From: Squalus acanthias
Lineage: Eukaryota
Assembly (NCBI GenBank): GCA_030390025.1
Contig: CM059431.1
Coordinates: 128,094,001 to 128,158,000 of the forward strand
Length of the DNA stretch: 64,000 nucleotides
Direction: 5' to 3'
In this document: piece after piece, positions 36,919 to 48,500 of the stretch
How positions within the stretch are numbered: position 1 is the stretch's first letter
How the letters are laid out: each line of letters begins with the position of its first letter
Program-made: the position numbers and the translations under genes
Notes under the pieces: generated by a model
Database searches by the model: none
Seen by the model: the letters and a program-made list of their open reading frames with translations, nothing else
Told to the model about the DNA's origin: nothing

Positions 36919-38089
36919 GTGGGTCATCTATTTAAATATTATAATGAGGCTGGAAGCTTGCATGCCTTGTGAAACCCGCCAAAGTCTAGGAACCGGAGGG
37001 GTGTGGGAGCGATTAAGATACCCCTTACACTTTCTGCAGGGGGGTCAACACTGCAAGACAGGTCCTCTACACACAGGGGCCAGGAGGCCCCCCAGAAAGA
37101 ATGATGAGGGACCAGATTACCAAGGTTGTCACCGCCAGCAGTGTTGCCCCATGACCTGGCTCGAGCGCCCAAAGAAACTTCATGACCTTACACCAGTGGT
37201 CAAGGTCAGTGAATAAATCTTCAAAAGCCGTCTCCTACCAACTGCAACATTAGCCTCACACACTGCTCATTGCATGATGCCCCACCCCATCACTCAACTA
37301 ACAGTACTCTGTACCAAACACGAGGCACACCTCCCATTCCTAGCTTCACCTCAGCCCCTTGGAGGAGATGGTGTTGGCCATTCTTGGCAGGGGCATGGCT
37401 AAGCCCTTGGCCAGCAGCGGGGCTGAAAGGATACAAGATGGTGGTATTCTCATACATTATCCTCCTTCTTGCATGCACCGCTTGCTTTCTCGCCCTCCCC
37501 TCACGACAACTCCACCCTGGTGCCTTCCTCAATTTACACACCCAAGAAATGCAGCCTGCCCAGCCAGTGGTTGGCCAAGAAGAGAGAGGAGAGTGAAGAA
37601 GGAAACACCGTCACTCGATTTCACACACCCAGCCAGCAGCCCCTCAAGGTCGACCAGCAAAGCCATTTGCAGTGTCCCCCACTGAAAGTCAGCAGCCTTC
37701 CACCAGCCATGCTGCAGCCACTGGGGTAGCACTGCATGACATCAGTAGGACAGGCAAAGACAGACACAAGACAGTCACTGAGGGAATGCCCAAGGATGCT
37801 TAGCTGATTTCTTGATGTCATATTGGATGGATAGATGTATAAAGTTAGATTAGAAGGTTTGGTTTGTGGTTACTTTTATTTCAGTTTTGTGGCCAAGAGG
37901 ACGCTGTGATGGTCAATAACAGAGGGAAGGTAATGTGTGGGACAAATGTTGAAAGGGGAATTAGGGTTGTGGTCACTGGTACCGCAGGCGGATAATTCCA
38001 TCCGGATATCATGGCTAGAAAGGGGCAGTCTGGGTTGCATCCTTCCTTCTGTGTCTTCCTCTTCTGCGTCTTCCTCTTTGCTCTGCGAG

Positions 38090-38232
38090 TGGATGCTGGA
38101 AATCTGAAATGAAAGCAGAAAATGTTGGAAATACTCAGCAGGTCAGGCAACATCTTGACCTGAGATGTGAACTCTGTTTTTCTCTCCATGGATGCTCCCT
38201 GACCTGTTGAGTATTCCCAGCATTTTTTGTCT
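38090..38232. mobile_element. Degenerate inverted Penelope pLTR remnant
   Basis: GATGCTGGAAATC..ACTCAGCAGGTCAGGCA followed by its decayed reverse complement. Confidence 0.65.
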
Positions 38233-39085
38233 TCTCAGAGGCCTTCCTTTACCATCTGAGGTCTTGCAAACGTCCAGCAGCCCTCCCTGCACTACCTGCA
38301 CACTTTAAAACTTTTAACATCTATTGCACCAAGCCACTACTTCAATAAAATATAAAAAATCCAGTCCAAAAGCTTAAATCCAATCTTACCTGAAAGATGT
38401 GTGTGTCCCTTTAAGTAGCGCTGACAATGACTCTGTAGGTCTGCTGCATGCTCACTTTTCTGAGCGTGCTAAGGACCCAGTGTTAAAGTCAGCGCAAAGT
38501 TTGAAGTTTGCAAAGCATGGTGCCAAGTTGGCGTTGCACGCCGACTGACGTCACGCTCTGTTGAATTGCATTTCTAGGGCCAGCACTGCGACCGGCAGCG
38601 CTATGGTTCTCACCAAAATGCCAGCCACCGAGTCCCACGCCAGAGGCGGATGGAAGTGAGGCAGTTGCCATTTTTTTCAAGAAATGGGCCTTAACGGAGA
38701 GCGGTAAATCCATGGATTTGTAGGCCACAGTGTTTCTCAAAGCCGGTTGAAGCAATAACAAGATCCATGATACCTTTCCATTTGGTTAAGTTTCCATTAT
38801 GCTTTCTGATTTTGGCCAAGTTTGACATAGTCCTTTGCTCAATTGGTGTTTCAATACAATGATGCGGTCCTCGGTAAGCTATCGATCCCAAATTAGTTTC
38901 GCTGTAATTTTGCCTCGATTGTATTGACTGTACATTCATTTATCCATCTCACATTTCCTGGTGAGCGTCGCTCTGACAGTTCCTCACCAAAAAGTCTGTA
39001 TTAAAAAGTCCTAAAATCCGACTTTTAACTAATGAAAAATCTAATGGTTTGGGAATACCTAGCTAATAGTGAGCATAACATGATT

Positions 39086-39908
39086 GGGGGGAATTTTAGC
39101 GTAAAAGATCGGATGGGTTGGGGGCGTGGGGGTAGTTAAAGTGTTAAAAATTGGAATCCCAACCTGAACCCACCTCCAACCTACCCACTTCCGGTTTTAA
39201 CAAAGGCGGGACGGGCAGCCAATCCACTGCCAGGAGGTGGGTCATCTATTTAAATATTATAATGAGGCTGGAAGCTTGCATGCCTTGTGAAACCCGCCAG
39301 CTAATGCAAGGCGAGGACTGCTGGATCCAGGAGGTAAGTGCCTTTACACTTACCTCCTGGATCCAGGGTCCCTGCCTAAACCACCCCTCATGATCAGAGA
39401 TCCCCTACAAGGCCTCCGATCCTTTCCCAGGGCACCAATCCCACCCCCCAACCCCCAGGCCTCCAATCACCCCATGAGGCCTCTCCCACCCAGGCCTCCC
39501 CCCCACCCCTCCACCCCACTCCTCCAGCCCTCCCCGTGCTGCTCCCAACCCCCAATCTTCTTCCAACGCTCCTCCCGCCCCCGCCCCCCCCACTGTTGCT
39601 GCTGTCCCGTGGATCCCGATCCTCATCGGATACCCCCCTGTTGCTGCTGTTGCCGCCCCTCTGGCCCTCACGCTATCCCTCCCTCCCTCCTCTGTGCGGC
39701 CTAGCGCCGTAGGCCTACCCGCCCGGAGCCAGCCAGCCTCTCAATCTGGCTGGCTGTGGGTGGGAAACAGAGACTTCCTTTTCAAATCAGGCCCTGCCGT
39801 TAAATTCGACAGGGCCTGTGAGAAACCCAGTCTCCTGGGTTTTGCCGACTGCCTCACAGCCCCCACACGCCCTGCCCCCAACCCGCCTTCTCCATTAAAA
39901 TTCAGCCC
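39086..39908. mobile_element. Harbinger-type MITE
   Basis: TIRs GGGGGGAATTTTA / TAAAATTCAGCCC; perfect TSD ATT; C-rich low-complexity core. Confidence 0.82.
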
Positions 39909-41717
39909 ATTGAATTTGATATTAAGTTTGAGAGGGAGAAGGGTGAGTCACGAACTAAGGTTTTATATTTAGGTGAGGCGGACTTGGAGGGTTAAGGCAG
40001 AAATTGACCTCAGTAGACTGGGCAGAACTATTAACGGTTAAAACTACAGGTGAATAGTGGGAGGTGTTCCAAGAAGGATTTGGTAGAATACGAGATCTGT
40101 CCATACCTTAAAGAGCAAGAGGTCTACTTGAGTAATTAAACAACTTGGTCAAAAATAGAAGTGAGAGAAAGTATAAAGTTAAAAGAAAGGCAAAGAACAG
40201 TAGAGATCCTGCAGACTGGGAGAGTTATAAAGAAAAGCAAAAGGATACTGAGAAAGTGCTTGTAGCTGCAAAAAGGGAAAATGAGAAAAAAAACCTGCGA
40301 GGGATATCAAGGACAACACTAAAGGTTTTAGCAAGTATACAAAGAGGGTGGCTAAGAGTAATGTGGGTCCTTTAAAGACAGATGCAGGTGATATTCTAAT
40401 TGAAAATCAGGAAATGGCAGACTTACTAAATGCTTATTTTGTATCGGTCTTCACAGTAGAGGGTGAGAATACAATACCAGAGATATGAGGAAAAATAAAA
40501 ATAAATCAAAGGGAGGAACTTACTAGATTTAATATAAGTAAAAAAATGATAATGGAGAAAATAATGAGACAAAGATAGACAAATCTCCAGGACCTGATCT
40601 CCACCCCAGGGTACTAAAAGAAGTAGGTGAGGAAATTGCAGATGCTCTAGTCATGATCTTCCAAAGCTCTCTCGATTCAGGAATTGTCCCCAGGATTGGA
40701 AAATTGGCAATGTAACTCCATTATATAAGGGTAGGAGAGATAAACTAGTAAATTATAGGCCTATTTGTTTCATATCTGTTGTGGGGAAGTTACTCAAATC
40801 TGTTATTAGGAACAGAGCGTCTGAGCACTTGGACAAACATGAATTGATCTGAGAGCCAGCATGGCTTTGTAAAGGGTAAATCATGTCTAACGAACCTAGT
40901 AGAATATTTTGAGGAGGCACCTAACGTGGTAGATAAAGGAGTGCCTATAGATGTTATTTATATGGACTTCCAGAAGGCATTCGATAAGATTCTACATAAA
41001 AGGCTGTTAACAAAAATTTAGAATGCATGGAATTGGAGGCAACCTACTGAATGGTAGGGAATTGGTTAGGAGATAGGAGACAGAGATTAGAGATAATGGG
41101 TATGTACTCAAATTGGCAGGATGTGACCAGAGTTATCCCCAATGATCTCTACTGGGGCCTCAGATTTTCACTATACCTGTAAATGACTTTGATAAAAGAA
41201 TAGAAAGCTGTATCTCCATGGTTGCTGATGGCACCAAGTTAGGAAGCACAGTAAATTGTGTAGATGGGAGCAGAAAGTTACAAAGGGACATTGAAAGATT
41301 AAGTGAGTGGGCAAAACTGTGGCAGATGGAATTTAATGTGAAAAAGTGTGAGTTATAGGAGTAGAAATTAGGTCGCGCCCCATTTGGGGCGCAAATATCG
41401 TCCGGACGCAAATATTAGCGCCTGGCGCTAATTATCGGCACTGACAGGAAACTTCACTTTTACCGCCCCGGGAGGTGAGTGGAGCGCTAAAGCAGGCGCT
41501 GCACACCTGTCTTAAGGCACAAAGGCCAAGGAGTGAGGCGCTAACTCAGCGCGCGAGCGCAGCGCAGCTGCTGCCAGTTAGCGAGGGAACACAGACACAC
41601 TGGCGCCGGCCACTTCTTAAAGCGGGGGGGGGGCCACTTGCTCCCCAGCCACACCCTGCTCATTGCAGCCTTGAATCTCAGCCTGGAGAGACCTGTGAAT
41701 CCATTTTGCTGCCAAGC

Positions 41718-43594
41718 ATGGAGAGGGTGAGAGAACGCGCTCATCGCTTCACCGAGCGGGCCTTGGATGCTCTGGTTGGCGCAGTGGAGCGCAAACGATG
41801 TATGCTGTTCCCTGAGAGTGGCAGGAGGCCTTTGCCACGCGAGTTCAGAAGAGTGTGGAGGGAGGTGGCTCAGAGCGTCTCCTCCAGGAGCATGGTGCCC
41901 AGGACCCATACTCAATGCCGCAAAAAGTTCAACGACCTCACTCGGGTCGTCAGGGTGAGTGGCTTTTTCTCAATACCTCTCCATCCCTCCATCTCAACCT
42001 CACTCTATGGCCAGAGGGTCTTAAAACCCCAATGCACAACACTCATCCAACACCTATGGCCCTTTCATCAAACACACACACACATTCCACACTTTGCATA
42101 CAGTAAGGGCTATTCACCTATGGGAGGCACATCAGGCAAGACCATGGCTTTATATTGTAAGGGCTATTCACCTATGGGAGGCACATCAGGCAAGACCATG
42201 GCTGTATATTGTAAGGGCTATTCACCTATGGGAGGCACATCAGGCAAGACCATGGTTGTATATTTACTCAGATGCTGTTCTTTTTCTTACAGGCCAAGCT
42301 GGCGCATAATCGGAGACAGCAGCAACGGACGGGTGGAGGGCGGCCTCAGCTGCAACCCCTCAGCGATCTGGAGGAGCGCGTCCACAGGATTGTGGCAAGC
42401 CGGGTGATCGGTCCCGTCGCCACTGGAGACGCCGACCCTGTTGTGGACAGCAATGGTAAGGTCATCACCTTTTTGACCTCTGTCCTTCCACTTGTCCCTC
42501 ACAACACCAGCCTTTGACACTTTCAATACAACTTGCTAACTCGCTGCACTTATTCCTCCCTTACTGCCCCCCTGTCCTGACGCTAAAGCCACTCTTGTAC
42601 CTCCCTGCTTTCAGATGGTGATTCACCAGCTGAGGAGACGGGCTCTGAAGCTGCCACTGGGAGTGATGCTGCAGCTGAGGAGGAAGAGGAAGCCAGAGCA
42701 TCAGTGCCACCCTCTCCCGAGGAAGCCCATGCCCACACTGGGAACACGCCTTCCCCGGAGGGGAGCAGGGGGGAAGGGTCTGATGATGGTGAAGCTCCAG
42801 GACCCAGCGGGCTGCAGCAACGTCATGGGGGGGGTAGGGAAGAACGGGGGCCTTCTCCCCAGAGGGAGAGTATTCCAGACACTCCTACTGCAATGGACGC
42901 AGAGGAGGAGCGGCTGATTGCAGAAATGAACACCCAGGCGGTGGGCATGCACACTGAGCTCATGGGTGCAGTGGGAAGGGTGCCCAAATGCATTGAGTCA
43001 CTGGCAAGGAGTGTGGAGCACTTCGCTGTAGCACAGGCGGATGCCACACTAACGCTTAGTGCTGCAATTCAGTCACTGGCTGCCGTGATCCCACCTCTGA
43101 CTGCTCTCATACAGACTCAGATTGAGGCCACGCGAGCACAGACTGCTGCCAACCTCGATGGTTCGTGCACATGTCCCCGGGGCTGTCACCGCGCCGCAGC
43201 AGGCCAGCAATCTGTTCTCTGGCAGATTGCTCCGGATGCTGAAGTGCTGCCCCGTGGGAGTGCCAGTGTGTCGGGCGAGCAGGGAGTTGCTGTCCTCTCG
43301 CACGATGACAGCATTCCTGCTGCCAACACTGTCACTTCTCCACTGCACTTGCCACCGCCTGTAGGACAGACTGCTGCCGCCCATGCAGAGTTGGTGCAGT
43401 CTGCAGCCGGGCCCTCCAGGCCCAGAAGTGGTCGAGGCCGTCCTTCAGGGGCATCTGCAGTGTCAGGGTCTGACGAGCAGCAGCCTTCCACCAGCCTTGC
43501 TGCAGCCACTGAGGTCCCATTACGGAGGAGCAGTAGGGTTAGAAGGGGGGAAGTGCGCAAGGGAAGGAGATCACCCTCGAAGGGCAAAAAGTAG
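41718..43594 (+). CDS. Harbinger Myb/SANT-like (NAIF1/MSANTD-type) protein, 459 aa, exons 41718-41954, 42293-42455, 42615-43594
   Basis: GTGAGT and GTAAGG donors, polypyrimidine-AG acceptors; 237+163+980 nt give an open frame; RTHTQCRKKFNDL, HNRR..RTGGG, basic C-terminus. Confidence 0.85.
42103..42264. repeat. 3 x 54-bp tandem repeat in intron 1
   Basis: GTAAGGGCTATTCACCTATGGGAGGCACATCAGGCAAGACCATGG... at 42103, 42157, 42211. Confidence 0.95.
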
Positions 43595-43861
43595 GAGGTG
43601 TGACAAAATGCTGGTCATTTTTTTATTAAAGGCCGAGGTTCATGGTCCAACTTTTGTTTAGTGTTTTGGACATTATCTCCAGGTTGTGAGAACCAGTTAT
43701 GTTATTGACTGTTTTTTTGTGTTTATTTCTATGAGTTTGTCATGAGGAATTGACACACACAGAGTTTGTAAAATAAATAAGTTTCTGTATTCAATATATA
43801 CATGGCTGGTGGTTGGAATTATTGGTGCCTTGGCCGGCTTAGGGGTTGCGTGCTGGGTTGA

Positions 43862-45049
43862 TTAATGTTGGTAGCAATGGCAGGGGCCCCAGAAGCGGCT
43901 TGCTATTAGCCGTTGACGGACGGCCCTTGCAGTTTGACCATTGTGGGCCGCCCTCCCGCCTTGGTGCTGCTGATGATCATCGTCCTCGTCCTCTTCCTCC
44001 TCTTCCTCCTCCTCCTCTGGTGGTGCTACAAGGCCTGGTGGCATTGGCTGGGTCCTGAGGATTGCCATGTTGTGCAACATGCAGCACACGACTACGAATT
44101 TCGAAACTTGCTCAGGCGAGTACTGCAGGGCTCCTCCGGAATGGTCCAGACAGCGGAACCGTTGTTTCAGCACACCGATTGTGCGCTCAATAATGTTCCT
44201 GGTTGCTTGATGGCTTTCATTGTACCGCAGCTCAGCAGGGGTGTTTGGCGTACGGAGCGGTGTCATCAGCCAGGTGCTCAATGCGTACCCCTTGTCCCCG
44301 AGAAGCCAACCAACTGGCTGATGCGGTGCCTCGAAAACTTCTGCCACAGTAGTCTGGCGCAGGATGAAAGCACCGTGGCAGCTGCCAGGATAGTGGGCAT
44401 TGACAGCGAGTATCACCTGTCTGTGGTCACAGACCAACTGGACATTCAAGGAATGGAACCCCTTTCTGTTCCTGAATTCCTCTGCATTCTCTCGCGGAGC
44501 ACGCACAGCCACATGCGTGCAGTCAATGGCGCCCTGCACCATGGGGAAGCCCGCTACCCTCGCAAAGCCCAGAGCACGGTCACGCTGCTTGTCTGGGGTC
44601 ATAGGGAAAGAGATGAACTCTCGTCTCCTTCTGAAGAGGGCATTGGTGACCTGCCGGATGCAGCGATGCACCGCGAACTGGGAGATATTGGCGAGGTCCC
44701 CAACAGCAGCTTGGAATGAGCCAGTGGCGTAGAAGTTCAAAGCCACTGTGACCTTCACTGCCACCGACAGAGACGTCCTGGACCTCAGCTGAGGCTGCAG
44801 ATCTGGCTGCAGCAGGTGGCAGAGCTCAGTGACCACCTCCTTGCTGAATCGCAGCCTTCGCAAACACAGCTCCTCGGACATATGGATGTAGGAGAGCTGT
44901 TCACGATATACCCTGGGAGGGTAAGCTCTCCTGTACATGCGCCTGATGGCCCTCCTCCGTCTGGCCATCATTGCCACTCTCTGTCTGCGTCTCTGTATCC
45001 TCCGATTCAGCTGGAGCAGGACGACGCCCCCAATCAGTGCAGCCCCCAT
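43862..45049 (-). CDS. Harbinger DDE transposase (HARBI1-like), 395 aa from MGAAL; frame open from 45118
   Basis: [40 protein letters not shown]; no stops; HD motif reads HG. Confidence 0.9.
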   Translation of the reverse strand: MGAALIGGVVLLQLNRRIQRRRQRVAMMARRRRAIRRMYRRAYPPRVYREQLSYIHMSEELCLRRLRFSKEVVTELCHLLQPDLQPQLRSRTSLSVAVKVTVALNFYATGSFQAAVGDLANISQFAVHRCIRQVTNALFRRRREFISFPMTPDKQRDRALGFARVAGFPMVQGAIDCTHVAVRAPRENAEEFRNRKGFHSLNVQLVCDHRQVILAVNAHYPGSCHGAFILRQTTVAEVFEAPHQPVGWLLGDKGYALSTWLMTPLRTPNTPAELRYNESHQATRNIIERTIGVLKQRFRCLDHSGGALQYSPEQVSKFVVVCCMLHNMAILRTQPMPPGLVAPPEEEEEEEEEDEDDDHQQHQGGRAAHNGQTARAVRQRLIASRFWGPCHCYQH

Positions 45050-45561
45050 ATTCTCTTTGCCAGAAAAGTAATGAGGTACAGCAACTAAAGTAGCAACAAA
45101 GTTAGGATGAATAGGCAAAACTACCTCACAAAGCGTTGAGTCAATGTAGAAGTCTCTCTCTCTCTCTCTCTCCGAATCTCTCTCTCTCTCTCAGAACGAG
45201 TGGTGCATAAATGTCGACCACAGAAAAAGACAGGAAGAGGCCCCCTTTAAATAGCGCCCCCCCAGCCCCACACCGATTGATAGCGTTCCAGTCTTCCGGT
45301 CGTTGGAAGCGCCAGGCGGTAAGGCAGGGGGCGCCACTCAATTTCCGCTCCGGGGCGCCCCAAGGGCGTTGCACCATTGAATGACGTCATAATCTGCGCG
45401 CGCAGGTGGTCGCAGCGGTAAGTTTTAGCGCCGCCGCACAATCTCAAGTTAAGTTCTCGAGCGGCGCAAACATCGCTGCGCCCGGGCGTTAGCGGTTTAG
45501 CGCACCATTAGCGCCCTCTTAAGGCGCTAACGGGAGGCGCAACCAAGTGAATTTTTACCCC

Positions 45562-48500
45562 ATAGAGTTATACAGCACAGAAAGAGGCCCTTCGGCACAT
45601 AGTGTCCGCGCCGGCCATCAAGCCCTATCTATTCTAATCCCATTTTCCACCACTTGGTCCGTAGCCTTGTATGCTATGGCGTTTCAAGTGCTCATCTAAA
45701 TGCTTCTTGAATGTTGTGAGGGTTCCTGCCTCTACCACCCTTTCAGGCAGTGAGTTCCAGATTCCAACCACCCTCTGGGTGAAAAAGTTTTTCCTCAAAT
45801 CCCCTCTAAACCTCTTGCCCTTTACTTTGAAACTATGCCCCCTGGTTATTGACCCCTCTACTAAGGGGAAAAGTTCCTTTCAATCTACCCTATCTATGCC
45901 CCTCATAATTTTGTACACCTCAATCAAGTCCCCTCAGTCTTCTCTGCTCTAAGGAAAACAACCCCAGCCTGTCCAGTCTCTCTTCATAGCTGAAGTGCTC
46001 CAGCCCAGGTAACATCCTGGTGAATCTCCTCTGCACCTTCTCCAATGCAATCACATCCTTCCTATAGTGTGGCGACCAGAACTGCACACAGTATTCCAGC
46101 TGTGGCCTAACTAGCGTTTTGTACAACTCCATCATAACCTCCCTGCTCTTATATTCTATGCCTCGGCTAATGAAGGCAAGTATCACATATGCCTTTTTAA
46201 CCACCTTATCTACCTGTCCTGCTGCCTTCAGGGATCTATGTACATGCACAAAAAGGTCCCTCTGATCCTCTGTCCTTCCTAGGGTCCTACCATTCATTGT
46301 GTATTCACTTGCCTTGTTAGTCCTCCCAAAATGCATCACCTCACATGTTTCAGGGTTAAATTCCATTTGCCACTGTTCTGCCCATCTGACCAACCCGTTT
46401 ATATCGTCCTGTAGCCTGAGGCTTCCCTCCTCGCTATTTACCGCTCCACCAAATTTCATGTCATCTGCGAACTTACTGATCATACCTCCTATATTCATAT
46501 CTAAATCATTAATGTACACTACAAACAGCAAAGGACCCAGCACCGATCCCTGCAGTACACCACTGGATACAGGCTTCCAGTCATTAAAACAACCTTCGAC
46601 CATCACCCTCTGCCCCCTGCCACTAAGCCAATTTTGGATCCAATGTGCCAAATTGCCCTGGATCCCATGGGCTCTTACCTTCTTGACCAGTCTCCCATGC
46701 GGGACTTTGTCAAAAGCCTTACTGAAGTCCATGTAGACTACATCAACTGCACTACCCTCATCCATACACCTAGTCACCCCCTCGAAAAATTCAATCAAAT
46801 TAGTTAGACATGATCTCCCCCTGACAAAGCCATGCTGACTATCCTTGATTAATCCTTGCCTCTCCAAGTGGAGACTTATTCTGTCCCTCAGAATTTTTCC
46901 AATAATTTCACTACCATTGATGTTAGGCTCACTGGCCTGTAATTCCCTGGTTTATCCCTACTACCCTTCTTGAATAATGGTACTACGTTAGCTGTCCTCC
47001 AGTCCTCTGGCACCTCCCCTGTGTCCAGAGAGGTTCTGAAAATTTGTGTCAGAGCCCCTGCAATCTCCTCCCTTGCCTCACACAGCAGCCTGGGATACAT
47101 TTCGGCTGGGCCTGGGGATTTATCAACTTTTAAGCCCGCTAAAACCACTAGTACCTCCTACCTCTCAATACTAATTTGTTCAAGTATATCACAATCCCCC
47201 TGCCTGATTTCTATGCCTACATCGTCCTTTTCCATAGTGAACACAGATGCAAAATATTCATTTAAAACCTCACCCACATCTTCTGGCTCTACACACAGAT
47301 TGCCACTTTGGTCCCTAATGGGCCCTACTGTTTCCCTGGTTATCCTCTTGCCCTTAATATACTTATAAAACACCTTGGGATTTTCCTTTATTTTGCCCAG
47401 TGTTTTTTCATGCCCCCTCTTCGCTCTCCTAATTTCTTTTTTAAGTACCCCCCTGCACTTTCTATTCTCCTCTAGGGCTTCCACTGTTTTTAGTCCTTTG
47501 TATCTGCCAAAAACCTCCCTTTTTTTCCTAATCCATTCTTGTACACCCCTTGACATCCAGAGTTCCCTGGGCTTGTTGCTCCCACCCTTGACCTTTACGG
47601 GAACATGTTGGCGTTGTACTCTCTCTATTTCCTTTCTGAAAGACTCCCACTGCTCTGATGTGGATTTTCCTAGAAGTAGCTGATCCCAGTCCACTTTGGC
47701 CAGATCCTGCCTTATCATATTAAAATCGGCCTTCCCCCAATTTAGAACCTTTATTTCCAGTCCATCTTTGTCCTTTTCCATGACTACCTTAAATCTCACC
47801 GAATTATGGTCACTGTCACCAAAATGCTCTCCTACTGACACTTCAACCACTTCCTCGGCTACATTCCCTAGAATAAGGTTCAGTACCGCCCCCTCTCTTG
47901 TCGGACTTTCTGCATGCTGGCTCAAAAAGCTCTCCTGGATGCACTTTAAGAATTCCACACTTTCTAAACCTTTCACTCTCTGACTATCCCAGCTAATATT
48001 GGGGAAGTTGAAATCCCCTACTATTATTACCCTATTATTTCTACACTTCTCTGAGATTTGCCTACATATCTGTTCCTCTATCTCCCCCTGACTGTTTGGG
48101 GGCCTATAGTACACTCCCAGCAAAGTGCTTGCCCTCTTTTTGTTTTTAAGTTCTACCCATATGGCCTCATTAGAGGAACCTGCTAAGATATCATCCCTCC
48201 TTACAGCAGTAATTGACTCCTTGATTAATATTGCGACACCCCCTCCTCTTTTACACCCCCCTCTGTCTCGCCTGAAGATTCTATACCCCGTAATATTGAG
48301 CTGCCAGTCCTGCCCCTCCCTCAACCATGTCTCTGTGATAGCAACAATATCATACTCCCATGTGTTCATCAACACCTTCAATTCATCTGCCTTACTCGCA
48401 AGACTCCTTGCATTAAAATAAATGCCAACCAGCCTTGCCATACTACCTTGTGCCGTTACATATTTGCTCTGCCTTCCAGTCTGACTTGTTTTTTCCTCCA

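Larger units (their letters stand above)
33231..37029 (+). mobile_element. Internally deleted retrovirus-like LTR retroelement
   Basis: 4-bp TSD CTTT; 5' LTR 33231-34384; last ~51 bp of the LTR repeated at 36979-37029; PBS; gag, protease and RNase H remnants. Confidence 0.85.
32737..38726. mobile_element. Old internally deleted Harbinger hosting the LTR element
   Basis: Ends GGCCTAGAAATTCC / GGATTTGTAGGCC; decayed Myb exon 1 starts ~33173 and resumes at 37030; Myb C-terminal remnant ~37540-37790. Confidence 0.65.
41358..45561. mobile_element. Full-length Harbinger transposon with both ORFs open
   Basis: TIRs GGAGTAGAAATT / AATTTTTACCCC; perfect TSD ATA; CpG-rich ends with repeated TAGCGC. 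Confidence 0.93.

Noticed and set aside
36982..37216. C-terminal part of the 315-aa ORF as genuine pol
   Set aside because: Runs through the templated patch, LTR end and host Harbinger; chimeric.
38155..38180. Fifth hammerhead
   Set aside because: CUGANGA box missing and GAAA mutated.
42103..42264. CRISPR-like array (also 5514-5655)
   Set aside because: Contiguous tandem units without unique spacers; eukaryotic context.
43913..44719. 268-aa antisense ORF and similar shadow ORFs over CR1 and Harbinger genes
   Set aside because: Antisense by-products of real coding frames.
41718..45118. Domesticated host genes HARBI1 / NAIF1
   Set aside because: Flanked by TIRs and TSD, inserted in a CR1 tail, with several paralogous decayed copies in the window.
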